Shown: positions 27,948 to 37,346 of the stretch, piece by piece
Position numbering within the stretch: position 1 is the stretch's first letter
Layout: each line of letters starts with the position of its first letter
NCBI GenBank assembly: GCA_910577795.1
Contig: CAJTNW010000001.1
Coordinates: 20,752-84,751 of the forward strand
Origin: an uncultured Christensenella sp.
Lineage (GTDB): Bacteria > Bacillota > Clostridia > Christensenellales > UBA3700
Direction of reading: 5' to 3'
DNA length: 64,000 bases
Notes under the pieces: generated by a model
What the model was told of the DNA's origin: nothing
Database searches by the model: none
Seen by the model: the letters and a program-made list of their open reading frames with translations, nothing else
Program-made: the position numbers and the translations under genes

Positions 27948-28697
27948 TTAGTATTTAACCACCTTAGAAAAATCTTCTGCTTTTAAACTTGCGCCACCAA
28001 TTAAGCCACCATCAATTTCTGGCATAGCCATAAGTTCGCTTGCATTTTTTGGATTCATAGAACCACCATATTGGATACGCAATTTGTTTTCTGCACAATT
28101 TTTGCAATACAACTCTGCAACTTTATTTCTGATAATTGCTATTGTATCATTTGCCTCTTGTGCTGTAGCAGTTTTGCCAGTACCAATTGCCCAAATTGGC
28201 TCATAAGCAATTACAACTTTATCCAATTCGTCTTTGCTTACACCTGCCAATGCCTTTTCAGTTTGAGCCTCTAGCAATGTTTTGTAAACGCCAGACTCTC
28301 TCTCTTCCAAAGATTCACCTACACAAATGATAGGTTTTAAACCTTTTGCCAAAGCCTGTAAAACTCTTTTATTAACTGTTTCGTCAGTTTCACCAAAGTA
28401 TTGACGGCGTTCGCTATGTCCAATAATGACATACTCAACACCCAACTCCAATAGCATATCTGCACTGATTTCGCCAGTAAAAGCACCTTTGTCTGCCCAG
28501 TGAACATTTTCTGCACCTAACTTAATGTTTGTGCCTTTAATCATTTCGCCTGCAGTTTGAATGTTTGTATATGGTACGCAAACTACGCACTCTGCTTTGC
28601 TATCTGCTACCAAAGGAATAAGGTCTGTTAAAAGTGCCTTAGTATCCTTAATTGTATTGTTCATTTTCCAGTTTCCTGCAATAATAGGTTGTCTCAT
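27948..28697 (-). CDS. tpiA: triosephosphate isomerase
   Basis: 249 aa with IAGNWKMN...IIGHSERR...AYEPIWAIGTG. Confidence 0.95.
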   Translation of the reverse strand: MRQPIIAGNWKMNNTIKDTKALLTDLIPLVADSKAECVVCVPYTNIQTAGEMIKGTNIKLGAENVHWADKGAFTGEISADMLLELGVEYVIIGHSERRQYFGETDETVNKRVLQALAKGLKPIICVGESLEERESGVYKTLLEAQTEKALAGVSKDELDKVVIAYEPIWAIGTGKTATAQEANDTIAIIRNKVAELYCKNCAENKLRIQYGGSMNPKNASELMAMPEIDGGLIGGASLKAEDFSKVVKY

Positions 28698-28871
28698 TGT
28701 AAATTTCTCCTTAAAATGTGAATTTTTTATATATTAAATTTCTTACAAATATTATATATCTTTATTAAATTTGATAAAAAACAAATTTTGCTTTAAATCA
28801 ATTTATATCCAAAGCACTTTTAAGATAAATTTTTCTTAAAAAACACTTTGGATATTTTTGTTTAGTTTATA

Positions 28872-30191
28872 TTAGTTTTTGTCATTCAAGCAAGCAATAC
28901 CTGGCAAAATTTTGCCCTCAAACAACTCAAGTGATGCACCACCACCAGTTGAAATATGGCTCATTTTATCAGCAAAGCCTAGTTGTGCAACTGCTGCTGC
29001 AGAATCGCCACCACCAATTATAGTAGTGCAGTCTTTTGCCTCTGCCATTGCCTCTGCTACTGCTACTGTACCTTTTGCCAAAATTGGGTTTTCAAATACA
29101 CCCATAGGTCCATTCCATACAACAGTTTTTGCAGATTTAATAGCATCTGCAAACAATTTTGCAGATTTAGCACCAATATCCAAGCCCATCATATCGCTAG
29201 GAATATTCATTGCTTCTACTGTTGTAACTTCAATTTCGCTATCAATTGGGTTAGGGAAAGATTTTGCTGCTACAGTATCTACTGGCAAATAAATCTTTTT
29301 GCCAAGTTTGTCTGCTTTTGCAAGCATTTCTTTACAGTAATCTAGTTTTTCGTCATCAACCAAAGAATTACCAACATTGCCGCCTTGTGCTTTAATAAAT
29401 GTATATGCCATACCGCCACCAATAATCAAAGTATCGCACTTTTCTAGCAAGTTATCAATAACTTTTAATTTGTCAGCAACTTTTGCACCGCCCAATACTG
29501 CAACAAATGGACGAACTGGTGCTTCCAAAGATTTTGCCATTACATTAAGTTCTTTTTCGATTAAGAAACCGCAAACGCACTCTTTTACAAAACCATACTC
29601 AGCAATACCTGCTGTAGATGCGTGTGACCTGTGTGCAGTACCAAAAGCATCGTTAACATAAATATCACAATACTCAGCAAGTTGTTTGCAGAAGTTTTCG
29701 TCTCTGCCTTCTTCCTCTGCGTGGAATCTTAAGTTTTCTAGCAATACGCACTCGCCTGCTTTTAATGCAGCAACTTTTGCTTTAGCATCAGGACCTACAA
29801 CGTCTGTAGCAAAAGCAACTTTGCCATCTAGCAACTCATTTAATCTATCAGCAACTGGTTTTAAAGTCAATTTAACAGGGTCGCTCTTAAGTGCTTTGTC
29901 GATATATGCTTTAGTAGCAGACTCTCTTTCTGCCTCAGGTAGAGCCTCAACTGCCTTCTTTTCCTTTTTAGTTAATTTGATTTTTTCACTAAAAATGCTA
30001 TGAGGTTTGCCCATGTGTGAGCATAGTATAACTTTTGCACCATTATCCATCAAATATTTGATAGTTGGTAATGCACCATTAATACGGTTTTCGTCAGTAA
30101 TAACACCATCTTTCATAGGTACATTGAAGTCTACTCTTACAAGACATTTTTTGCCAGCAACATTTACATCTTTAATTGATTTTTTATTCAT
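28872..30191 (-). CDS. pgk: phosphoglycerate kinase (with ~40-aa K/E-rich insertion)
   Basis: 439 aa with [15 protein letters not shown] and STGGGASLE. There is extra sequence after CSHMGKP (see findings). Confidence 0.95.
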   Translation of the reverse strand: MNKKSIKDVNVAGKKCLVRVDFNVPMKDGVITDENRINGALPTIKYLMDNGAKVILCSHMGKPHSIFSEKIKLTKKEKKAVEALPEAERESATKAYIDKALKSDPVKLTLKPVADRLNELLDGKVAFATDVVGPDAKAKVAALKAGECVLLENLRFHAEEEGRDENFCKQLAEYCDIYVNDAFGTAHRSHASTAGIAEYGFVKECVCGFLIEKELNVMAKSLEAPVRPFVAVLGGAKVADKLKVIDNLLEKCDTLIIGGGMAYTFIKAQGGNVGNSLVDDEKLDYCKEMLAKADKLGKKIYLPVDTVAAKSFPNPIDSEIEVTTVEAMNIPSDMMGLDIGAKSAKLFADAIKSAKTVVWNGPMGVFENPILAKGTVAVAEAMAEAKDCTTIIGGGDSAAAVAQLGFADKMSHISTGGGASLELFEGKILPGIACLNDKN

Positions 30192-30364
30192 TATTAGGAT
30201 TCTCCTTCCTTAATTAGATTTGTATGTTTAATGATTATAAACTTAAAATTATAATCAATAGTAGTATTATATCACCATTTGGTAATTTTTGCAAGATATT
30301 TTTTTAATTATACAACATATTTTTAGCAATTTTTTTGTAGAAAATATGTTGTTTTTTAACTTAA

Positions 30365-30856
30365 CTAAAACTTTGTTAAATGTCCAGTTTGATTTAACTG
30401 CTCAAAATTGTGCTGTCTGTGGTATTCATAACAAATAATTGCAACAGAATTTGCAAGATTTAACGAACGTATATCACCTTTCATAGGTATGCGAATACAC
30501 TTATCATAATTATCGTGCAATATTTCCTCTGGTATGCCTTTTGACTCTTTGCCAAACATAACATAAACATCTTCATTATAACTTACTTCTGTATGATTAT
30601 GCTGAGATTTTGTTGAGGCATAAAATATTTGTTTAATATTATCTTTATTTCTGCTTAAAAACTCCTCATAATTTTTGTAAGTGCAAATATCGGCTAAATC
30701 CCAGTAATCAAGACCTGCTCTTTTTAAATACTTATCCTCAAAGGTAAAACCAAACGGCTCAATAAGGTGAAGTTTTGCTCCAGTAGCCGCACAAGTCCTT
30801 ACTATGTTACCTGTGTTTTGAGGTATCTCCGGTTCTAATAAAACTATATGTATCAT
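30365..30856 (-). CDS. trmL: tRNA (cytidine/uridine-2'-O)-methyltransferase TrmL (SpoU/TrmH family)
   Basis: 163 aa. N-terminus is MIHIVLLEPEIPQNTGNIVRTCAATG, followed by ..SLNLANSVAI. Confidence 0.8.
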   Translation of the reverse strand: MIHIVLLEPEIPQNTGNIVRTCAATGAKLHLIEPFGFTFEDKYLKRAGLDYWDLADICTYKNYEEFLSRNKDNIKQIFYASTKSQHNHTEVSYNEDVYVMFGKESKGIPEEILHDNYDKCIRIPMKGDIRSLNLANSVAIICYEYHRQHNFEQLNQTGHLTKF

Positions 30857-30886
30857 AAAAAACTCCTTTTATCCTGCGGTTATCAA

Positions 30887-31840
30887 TTAATCAAAATTTA
30901 TTGTGTTTACAATATTTATAAGTTGTTGTACACTCTCTACATGACAAACAGCCTCTTTTATTGGCTTAGAGCCTGCCATTCCTTTTAAGTAATAGCAAAT
31001 TTGTTTTTTCATGTTAGAGTAAATGTATCTGTCTGAATAATACTCTTTTAAAATTTCTATTTGACTTAAAATATCTCTTTTTTTATCCACATTTTTAAAA
31101 ATAGTAGCGATTTTTAGAGTGTTTTCTGCTATTTCTTTAAAAATTTGAGGATTACCTAATGCACCACGTGCTATCATTACTCCTGCGGCTTTGGTAACTT
31201 CCTTAATTTTCAAGTAACTATTTAAATCTACCACATCACCATTTGCAATAACTGGTATTTGCACTGCCTCCACAACTTTTGCAATAGTCTCCCAGTCAGA
31301 TAAGCCGTTGTAATAATCTTCCCTTGTTCTTCCATGCACTGTTATACCATCAGCACCTGCATCTTGCATATATTTTGCAAAATCTACAGCAACATTTTCG
31401 CCACGTTTAAAACCTTTGCGGAACTTTACTGTTACAACCTTACCAGTTTCCTGTTTTAAAGTTTTTACTATGTGCATTGCAAGTTTTGGGTTATTCAACA
31501 ACGCACTACCTTCACCATTATTTACTATTTTTGGCACAGGACAACCCATATTTATATCAATTATATCAAACTTAGCCATCTCTGACATTTTGCAGGCTTT
31601 TGCCATTATATCAGCATCAGCACCAAAAATTTGCACGGCTTTTATCTTTTCGTTATCAGTAGTAGCAAGCAATTCCTTTGTTTTTTCACTGCCATACACC
31701 ATGCCTTTGCAACTAATCATTTCTGTATAAGTAAGGGCTGCACCATAACGCACTGCAATATCCCTAAACCCAACATCTGTAAAACCTGCAATTGGTGCTA
31801 AAACGGCATCGCCATTTAATTGTATATTACCAATTTTCAT
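30887..31840 (-). CDS. dusB: tRNA-dihydrouridine synthase
   Basis: Has LAPIAGFTDVGFR...DINMGCP...VKFRKG...HGRTR. The start was moved to MKIGNIQ (ATG at 31840), which overlaps the end of mazG. Confidence 0.9.
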   Translation of the reverse strand: MKIGNIQLNGDAVLAPIAGFTDVGFRDIAVRYGAALTYTEMISCKGMVYGSEKTKELLATTDNEKIKAVQIFGADADIMAKACKMSEMAKFDIIDINMGCPVPKIVNNGEGSALLNNPKLAMHIVKTLKQETGKVVTVKFRKGFKRGENVAVDFAKYMQDAGADGITVHGRTREDYYNGLSDWETIAKVVEAVQIPVIANGDVVDLNSYLKIKEVTKAAGVMIARGALGNPQIFKEIAENTLKIATIFKNVDKKRDILSQIEILKEYYSDRYIYSNMKKQICYYLKGMAGSKPIKEAVCHVESVQQLINIVNTINFD

Positions 31841-33233
31841 TCTTCTTTGCCTCTTGCCACAAAAGTTCTTGCTCACTAGGTTTTAAGTCTTTTAATTCCA
31901 CTCCCTTCTCAGCACACTTTTCATCCATATAAATAACTCGCTTTTCAAATTTAGCGCAAGCCTTATTTAAAGCCACCTCGCCATCTACACCCATAAACCT
32001 CAACAAGTTTACAACTGCAAACAATAAGTCACCACATTCAATTTCCAACTCTTGTGGTTTTGCTGCTAAAACCTCATTTAATTCTTCAACAATTTTTTCC
32101 TTTATTTGTGCCAAATTTTCAAAATCCATACCGATTTTCGCAAGATATTTTTGATATTTTGCAGATTTTTGCAAACTAGGCAAGGTTTTTGCCACACCTT
32201 GAATTTTACTTGTAATGCTGTTTTGACTCTTTTCTTTTGCTTTTGCAGCCTCCCATGCTTTTAGTGCCTCTTCTGCGTTGTTTGCTACAACATCACCAAA
32301 TATATGAGTGTGTCTTGTAACTAATTTATTGCACAAGTGAGTTAGCACCTCGTTGCTATTAAACTCACCCTCGTCCTCACCAATTACTGCGTGGAATACA
32401 CCTTGCAAAATCACATCACCAGACTCTTCAATAATGTTGTCTATATCCTCATTATCAATTGCTTCTACCAATTCGTATGCTTCTTCTATAAGATTTTTGC
32501 GTATGCTCTCGTGTGTTTGCGCCTTATCCCACTCGCAACCATTTTTGCCACGTAATTTATAAAGTATCCTTAACAAATCAGTAAAATTATATTCCTGTTT
32601 ATCTGTCATTTTAAATGGAGGTATATACACTCCACTTTCATAATCAAAATTGTTTTGTCTGTCTAGTTCATAGGCAAAAATGTTATATTCTTCCTCACCT
32701 TTAAAGTAAACAATACTACACTCTTCACCGGCAATACGGGACAAAATTTCTTTTACTTCGCTTGCAATATAGTCATTATCTATATCACAAATAACCAAAG
32801 GCAATGTTTTGTCATAAGAAAAAGCCTTGTCTCCTGCTATGTCATAGGCAGAAACTTTTACTACACTTGTATGAGGATATTTTTTTAAAATAGTAAGTTC
32901 TCTTGATACACCGGCAATTATTTCAACCTCGCATAACTCTTGCAATTTTATAACTGACCTGTCATCTGCACCATTACCATTTACACAATATACAAGATTT
33001 TTATCCTTTAACGCAAAAAGATATTGGGCGATATTACCGTCCAAATCGTCAAAATTTTCGGAATTTTCATAAAACCTATCCAATGTTTCATGATTAATTC
33101 CTTCTTCCGCAAACAATTTATATGTATCGGTAAGAGCGGTTTTGACAATTACTAATTCCGCATTGTCGATTGCCGCTGCACCTCTTAGTGATAAATCACC
33201 ATCTTTTAAGCCAAGTCCTACAACTTTTATCAT
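31827..33233 (-). CDS. mazG: YabN-type fusion: tetrapyrrole-methylase-like domain + MazG NTP pyrophosphohydrolase
   Basis: 468 aa. The C-terminal half carries MazG repeats (LIEEAYELVEAI...; EELNEV...GDLLFAVVNL). It follows the yabM-like gene, as in B. subtilis spoVT-yabM-yabN. Confidence 0.85.
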   Translation of the reverse strand: MIKVVGLGLKDGDLSLRGAAAIDNAELVIVKTALTDTYKLFAEEGINHETLDRFYENSENFDDLDGNIAQYLFALKDKNLVYCVNGNGADDRSVIKLQELCEVEIIAGVSRELTILKKYPHTSVVKVSAYDIAGDKAFSYDKTLPLVICDIDNDYIASEVKEILSRIAGEECSIVYFKGEEEYNIFAYELDRQNNFDYESGVYIPPFKMTDKQEYNFTDLLRILYKLRGKNGCEWDKAQTHESIRKNLIEEAYELVEAIDNEDIDNIIEESGDVILQGVFHAVIGEDEGEFNSNEVLTHLCNKLVTRHTHIFGDVVANNAEEALKAWEAAKAKEKSQNSITSKIQGVAKTLPSLQKSAKYQKYLAKIGMDFENLAQIKEKIVEELNEVLAAKPQELEIECGDLLFAVVNLLRFMGVDGEVALNKACAKFEKRVIYMDEKCAEKGVELKDLKPSEQELLWQEAKKNENW

Positions 33234-33239
33234 AAATCC

Positions 33240-34844
33240 TCACTTTTTGCGGTTAAACTTTTCGCTTAGTTTTGCTATTTGTTTGCCAAATGGGAAAGAA
33301 TACAACTCCTCTTTTTCAAACACTTTGGCAGCCAAAACCAATATAAAATATATTATTGGTGTAATGGCAACACTTGCAATAACTAGCCACCATTTACTTA
33401 GTGCAAAAGTTAAACCAAATATTATTAATCCTATTATAACACTAATTATAAGAATTTTACTAATATTTTTAACTAGATTTTCATCTTTACCCAAAAGTTT
33501 TGACATTGTACTCCATCCTATCAATACACACAAGAAATATGAAATTACACTAGATAGTGATGCACCTATTATGCCCAAATGCATAATCAAAATTATATCT
33601 AAAGTGATTTTTGTTATTGCAGTAACCAAAAGTATAAGTGTTGGCTTTACTGTTTTGCCAAGCGCTTGCATCAATGATGTAAAAACCTGTGATAATGACA
33701 ACAAAATAACTGATACTGATGATACCATAAGCAATGAAGATGCCAAATCAATACTACTTGCAGATAGTGATGGATACAAAATCATCATAAGCGGTTTTGC
33801 AAGTACAAATATAGCCACAAAACAAGGAGCGCCTATCAAAAAAGACAGTTTTACCGCAAGTGCAGACTTATTTTTTATACTTACCGCATCTCGTAGTGCT
33901 CTTTTGGAACTAATAATTGGTACAATAGCCACCGCAAACGCAAGAGTAATAACAATAGGCATATTAATTAGCGAATTTACTGGTGCGGACAATATACCAT
34001 ACTGACTAATTGCCAAATCTCTTGCAAGTCCTCTTCCAACTAATAAATTTACTATTAATAAACTATCCACAAACTGAACTATAGGAAAAATTAATCCACT
34101 TGCCATAATAGGCAAACTTACTCGTACAATATTTTTTGTGCAGTCAAAATCCAGTTTTGATTTTGCAATAGGTCTACCTTTGCCTGCTATATATATAATT
34201 GCCATAACAAGCATAGATAAAAATTCAGATAATGTTATACCTATTAAAGCACCAACTACTGCATAAATAATTCCTTGAGGTAATAACAAATACGCAAAAA
34301 GTAAACCAAATATCATTTTAAAGGCTTGCTCTGCTATTTGTGCAACAGCAGTGGGAACCATATTCATATTGCCTTGAAACCAACCTTTAAAATACGCAGA
34401 TATTGCCACTATTAAAATTGCAGGTGCTACCACATAATAACCAAAACGAATAGCAAAATTACCTTGCAATTCTGCAAGTGGTGCAGATATCATAAACATT
34501 ATTAGCATAGCACCTGCACCTAGTCCAAACAAAAGTACAAAAGAGGATTTCATAACTTTGCTAACCAAGTTTTCTTCCCCTAATGTGCTGTTTTCGCTAA
34601 CAAGTCTACTAATGGCAGTTGGTATTCCTCCTGAAGATAAAGTTAACATTAAACTATAAATAGGAAATACCAATTGATATATACCAATACCCTCTGCACC
34701 TAGCAAATTGGTTAGTGGTATACGATATATTGCACCTAGTATTTTTGCTATCATTCCTGCAAAAGCAAGCAATAATGCCCCTGCGGTATAACTATTTAAC
34801 CTCGATTTTTGATGGGTTTTTGCAGTTTTTGTTAAAGTATTCAC
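33240..34844 (-). CDS. MOP-superfamily polysaccharide/lipid II flippase-like protein (YabM/SpoVB-like)
   Basis: 534 aa with about 14 TM helices. The start is a GTG directly after the spoVT stop. Synteny matches B. subtilis yabM. Confidence 0.75.
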   Translation of the reverse strand: MNTLTKTAKTHQKSRLNSYTAGALLLAFAGMIAKILGAIYRIPLTNLLGAEGIGIYQLVFPIYSLMLTLSSGGIPTAISRLVSENSTLGEENLVSKVMKSSFVLLFGLGAGAMLIMFMISAPLAELQGNFAIRFGYYVVAPAILIVAISAYFKGWFQGNMNMVPTAVAQIAEQAFKMIFGLLFAYLLLPQGIIYAVVGALIGITLSEFLSMLVMAIIYIAGKGRPIAKSKLDFDCTKNIVRVSLPIMASGLIFPIVQFVDSLLIVNLLVGRGLARDLAISQYGILSAPVNSLINMPIVITLAFAVAIVPIISSKRALRDAVSIKNKSALAVKLSFLIGAPCFVAIFVLAKPLMMILYPSLSASSIDLASSLLMVSSVSVILLSLSQVFTSLMQALGKTVKPTLILLVTAITKITLDIILIMHLGIIGASLSSVISYFLCVLIGWSTMSKLLGKDENLVKNISKILIISVIIGLIIFGLTFALSKWWLVIASVAITPIIYFILVLAAKVFEKEELYSFPFGKQIAKLSEKFNRKK

Positions 34845-35354
34845 TTATTCTAACTGACTTGCAAGACAAGAGCCTGCAACTTTGATATTAGATTTAATAT
34901 CATTTGTAATAGAGCCAACTGCAACTATACCGCCATACAAATCACCACCAGCAAGAATAGGGTAAACATACACATCATCAGAATAAACACTATCGTTTTT
35001 TGTAATACGTATGTTATCATCTGCCATTGTTTGTTTTCTTTCTTGCAAAACACTAAACAAAGTATTAGATATTAATTCACCTTCTTTATTTTCCTTTCCA
35101 CCCTCATGTGTTAAAACTTTGCTTTTATCAACTATCATAATTTGCACACCACACAAATCAAAAAGTACTTTAGAGTACCCCTCTGCCAATGCTTGTAGTG
35201 CTTGCATTTGACTAAATTTTTTAATTATAATTTCATTGTCTGAAACTTGGTTCATTTCTAACTCTTCCCCATCACGAATACGCATAGTACGTCTTAATTC
35301 CTTTGGGATAACTATTCTGCCAAGTTCATCTATTCTTCTAACAATTCCAGCCAT
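34845..35354 (-). CDS. spoVT: stage V sporulation protein T (AbrB-family regulator)
   Basis: The true start MAGIVRRIDELGRIVIPKELRRTMRIRDGEELE (the SpoVT/AbrB swapped hairpin) follows AAGGAGGA. The 39 upstream codons in the track look like read-through of the leader. Confidence 0.85.
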   Translation of the reverse strand: MAGIVRRIDELGRIVIPKELRRTMRIRDGEELEMNQVSDNEIIIKKFSQMQALQALAEGYSKVLFDLCGVQIMIVDKSKVLTHEGGKENKEGELISNTLFSVLQERKQTMADDNIRITKNDSVYSDDVYVYPILAGGDLYGGIVAVGSITNDIKSNIKVAGSCLASQLE

Positions 35355-35490
35355 AAATTTCCTCCTTAAAAATAGTCTTTGCAAACAAAATAAAAATATT
35401 CTTTTAAATTTACAAAAAATTACAATTATTATATTTAAACTTTTATAACAAAAACAGCATACTTTTTGCAAAATATGAATATTATTTAAT

Positions 35491-36402
35491 ATGTATAAAT
35501 TATTTTATGATAATAGCCAATTTGTAATTTTAGTAGATGGGGAACAAAATTCTAGCGGTATGATAGAATTAGACTCTGAAAAAGTGTACATTTTAACTCT
35601 TCTTCCTATTTATGATAAAACGTTGTTTTTACCTATAAGTTCTGTGTGCAAAATAAAAAATAATCGTTTGGTTTGCAATATTTCACATATCAAAATAGAT
35701 ATTAATCAATATTATTTAATACCAAAGTTTGCACCATATATGCCGCCTAGTAACCCGGAAGTGGATATGCAACGAGAGTTTGGCGAACATACAATTACAG
35801 TTTACACCGATAATGTGCCAAAACTACTGATAGAAAATAAAAGCAACTTTATTTCTGTAGTTATTCCTGAATATCCAGAAAAAATGCAAGAGGCAGTGCT
35901 GGATAATGGTGTGCTCTTTTATATTTTATGCCCACATTATATATGCGTAATTTTTTATGACTATACAGATTATTCGGTATTAATAGATAAAGAATGTGAA
36001 AGTTATACTTTTGATAACAATGGAATTTCATTTAAAATTAATCTTAATGATAATCAAGGTAGAATATATAATTGTGCTTTATCTTTTGACGGAAAAGAAT
36101 ATGTTTTGAATAACGAAAACTTTGAATATACTAACTTTCACACCTCACATGAAAAATTGTTGGGGTATGATTTTATGCAAGGGCTACTTGCGGAAGACTA
36201 TGAATATTGTCAAAACTTACTTTCGCCTGACTGCCCTCAAACTATGGAAGACATAACAAAACTTTTTGAAAATTTTGAGGATATAATACTTCCAACCTGC
36301 CCTTTTAAAAATTCAGTTGTATACGCAATTTGTGGCAATAGACCGCTAAAATGTACTTTTTTGACAGAAAATGGCAAAATAACAAAAATTAACTCTTTTT
36401 AG
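35491..36402 (+). CDS. hypothetical protein (303 aa)
   Basis: A long clean ORF divergent from spoVT. I recognise no motif. Confidence 0.5.
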   Translation: MYKLFYDNSQFVILVDGEQNSSGMIELDSEKVYILTLLPIYDKTLFLPISSVCKIKNNRLVCNISHIKIDINQYYLIPKFAPYMPPSNPEVDMQREFGEHTITVYTDNVPKLLIENKSNFISVVIPEYPEKMQEAVLDNGVLFYILCPHYICVIFYDYTDYSVLIDKECESYTFDNNGISFKINLNDNQGRIYNCALSFDGKEYVLNNENFEYTNFHTSHEKLLGYDFMQGLLAEDYEYCQNLLSPDCPQTMEDITKLFENFEDIILPTCPFKNSVVYAICGNRPLKCTFLTENGKITKINSF

Positions 36403-36530
36403 GATATAAAACGCAATTTTACTATTTATTTACACATAAACTATGGACATTTTTTTTATTTTGTGTATAATGAATATAAGGTTGATGCTAAATTAATCAA
36501 TCAATACAATTAAATAAGGTAATAGTAAAT

Positions 36531-37289
36531 ATGAATATTTTATTATGTTCAGCAACGGGATATGATTTATTTTTAAATATTTTATTTATTCTTGCAATAT
36601 TTTTACTTCCCGCTTTGCTATGGTCAATTTTTGTTTCAATAAAAGTGAAACTTACTTTTAATAAGTTTAACAAAATCAATAGCAAAAAAGGTTTGCCTGC
36701 TTACATGGTAGCAAGACAAATCCTTGACAGCGAAGGTCTTAATGACATTCAAATAGGTAGATGCTCTGGCTCTTTATCAGACCACTATAATCCGCGTACT
36801 AAAACCGTATTTTTATCTGATACAGTTTATGACTCTACAGCCATTGCCGCTATAGGTGTTGCCGCTCACGAAGTTGGACATGCTATACAACACGCACATA
36901 ACTATGCACCAGTAAAAATTCGTGGTATTTTAGTTCCTATTTTAAATATTAGTTCTAAATTGCTTCTTCCAGCAATTATCATTAATATACTATTGACAAT
37001 TTTCTTACCTGTAAATAGTAATATTCCTATGATTATTTATTATGTTTTATTAGGTGTTTATGCCCTAAATGTAGTGTTTACATTTGTAACATTGCCTTGT
37101 GAGTTTAACGCAAGTGGAAGAGCCAAAGACATTTTGGAAGATATGGGATTTTTAGAAGAAGATGAAGTACAAAGTGTTTCCAAAGTATTAAGAAGCGCTG
37201 CTATGACTTATGTTGCTGCATTTGTAATATCTTTACTTCAAATGGCTAGAATATTGTTGATAATTCTATCAAGCCGTAAAAGAAAATAA
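36531..37289 (+). CDS. YugP-type membrane zinc metallopeptidase (Zn_peptidase_2)
   Basis: HEVGHAIQH zinc motif with N- and C-terminal TM helices. DHYNPRTKTVFLS is typical of the family. Confidence 0.75.
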   Translation: MNILLCSATGYDLFLNILFILAIFLLPALLWSIFVSIKVKLTFNKFNKINSKKGLPAYMVARQILDSEGLNDIQIGRCSGSLSDHYNPRTKTVFLSDTVYDSTAIAAIGVAAHEVGHAIQHAHNYAPVKIRGILVPILNISSKLLLPAIIINILLTIFLPVNSNIPMIIYYVLLGVYALNVVFTFVTLPCEFNASGRAKDILEDMGFLEEDEVQSVSKVLRSAAMTYVAAFVISLLQMARILLIILSSRKRK

Positions 37290-37305
37290 TAATTTTGATT
37301 AAGGT

Positions 37306-37343
37306 TAAAAAAACTTGTTGCAATTTGCAACAAGTTTTTTTTA
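37306..37343. terminator. bidirectional terminator between convergent genes
   Basis: ACTTGTTGCA (37313-37322) pairs with TGCAACAAGT (37326-37335), with A7 to the left and T8 to the right. Confidence 0.7.
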
Positions 37344-37346
37344 TAC

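Noticed and set aside
28783-28798. The exact 16-mer AAATTTTGCTTTAAAT is shared with 47975-47990.
   Set aside because: By a rough composition-based estimate, several chance 16-mer matches are expected in an AT-rich 64-kb window. The flanks do not extend the match.
34845-35471. N-terminal extensions given by the ORF track for spoVT (39 codons), and also for metA, dusB, the CotJC-like gene, the LRR lipoprotein, cca, alpha-galactosidase and the second GPH transporter.
   Set aside because: In each case an internal ATG is preceded by a good Shine-Dalgarno sequence and begins the conserved family N-terminus. The upstream codons start at non-ATG codons or lack an RBS, or they overlap predicted promoters.
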